A stretch of 64,000 bases of DNA from Eledone cirrhosa (taxonomy: Eukaryota): contig OZ024758.1 in the NCBI GenBank assembly GCA_964016885.1, positions 25,792,001 through 25,856,000 on the forward strand, read 5' to 3'. A program made the position numbers and the translations under genes. A model generated the notes under the pieces. That model saw only the letters and a program-made list of their open reading frames with translations, did not search any database and was not told where the DNA came from. This document shows, piece after piece, positions 63,585 to 64,000 of the stretch; the stretch's first letter is position 1; each line of letters begins with the position of its first letter.

Positions 63585-64000
63585 CAATCTAACTAAAATC
63601 GTTTCTACTTTTGGCACAAGGCCAGCAATTATCCCAGTGCATTACTGGTACTTTATTTTATCGACCCCGTAAGGATGAAAGGCAAAGTTAACCTCGGTGG
63701 GATTTGAACTCAGATCGTAAAGGGACGTAACTCTATGCTTCAAAGCATGGCGCCCGACCCTCTACCGATACTGCCAATCCAACTATAATGAAGCACTGTC
63801 AATCAAACTTGAGCGGTGACATGATTGTGAATATTTAACCCTTTAGCATTTACATTACTCTATGTATACTATTGTGTTTTCACGGTAAAGGCTTTATCTC
63901 ACATAATATCGAATCTATGAGATTTTGATATTATTTATTTGGAGAACAATACCTTAACGTCAGTATGAGCAGCTGGTTACAGCCAGTTTGAGCAGAAAGA

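Overview
AT-rich, repeat-saturated eukaryotic (metazoan) genomic DNA. The SINE repertoire (tRNA-head SINEs with RTE tails, Nin-domain SINEs) resembles that of octopods; this assignment is inferred. Almost all ORFs in the supplied track are artefacts of microsatellites, satellites or SINEs. The only well-supported host coding sequence is two phase-compatible minus-strand exons (25144-24717 with ATG at 25127, and 7355-7212) of an unidentified low-complexity protein, so most of the window is probably intron or upstream DNA. The rest is SINEs, RTE/CR1 LINE fragments, TTAA-flanked MITEs, a DD37D Tc1/mariner relic, two Helitron-like elements and satellites of 34, 51, 69, ~112 and 143 bp. The main finding is about a dozen short inserts, mostly in (TA)n tracts and often fold-back palindromes, carrying complete or truncated type I hammerhead ribozyme motifs from several unrelated sequence families. 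Some have palindromic stem III loops and one family shows a compensatory stem II change. This matches Penelope-like element pseudo-LTRs or retrozymes. All folds were done by eye and are untested.
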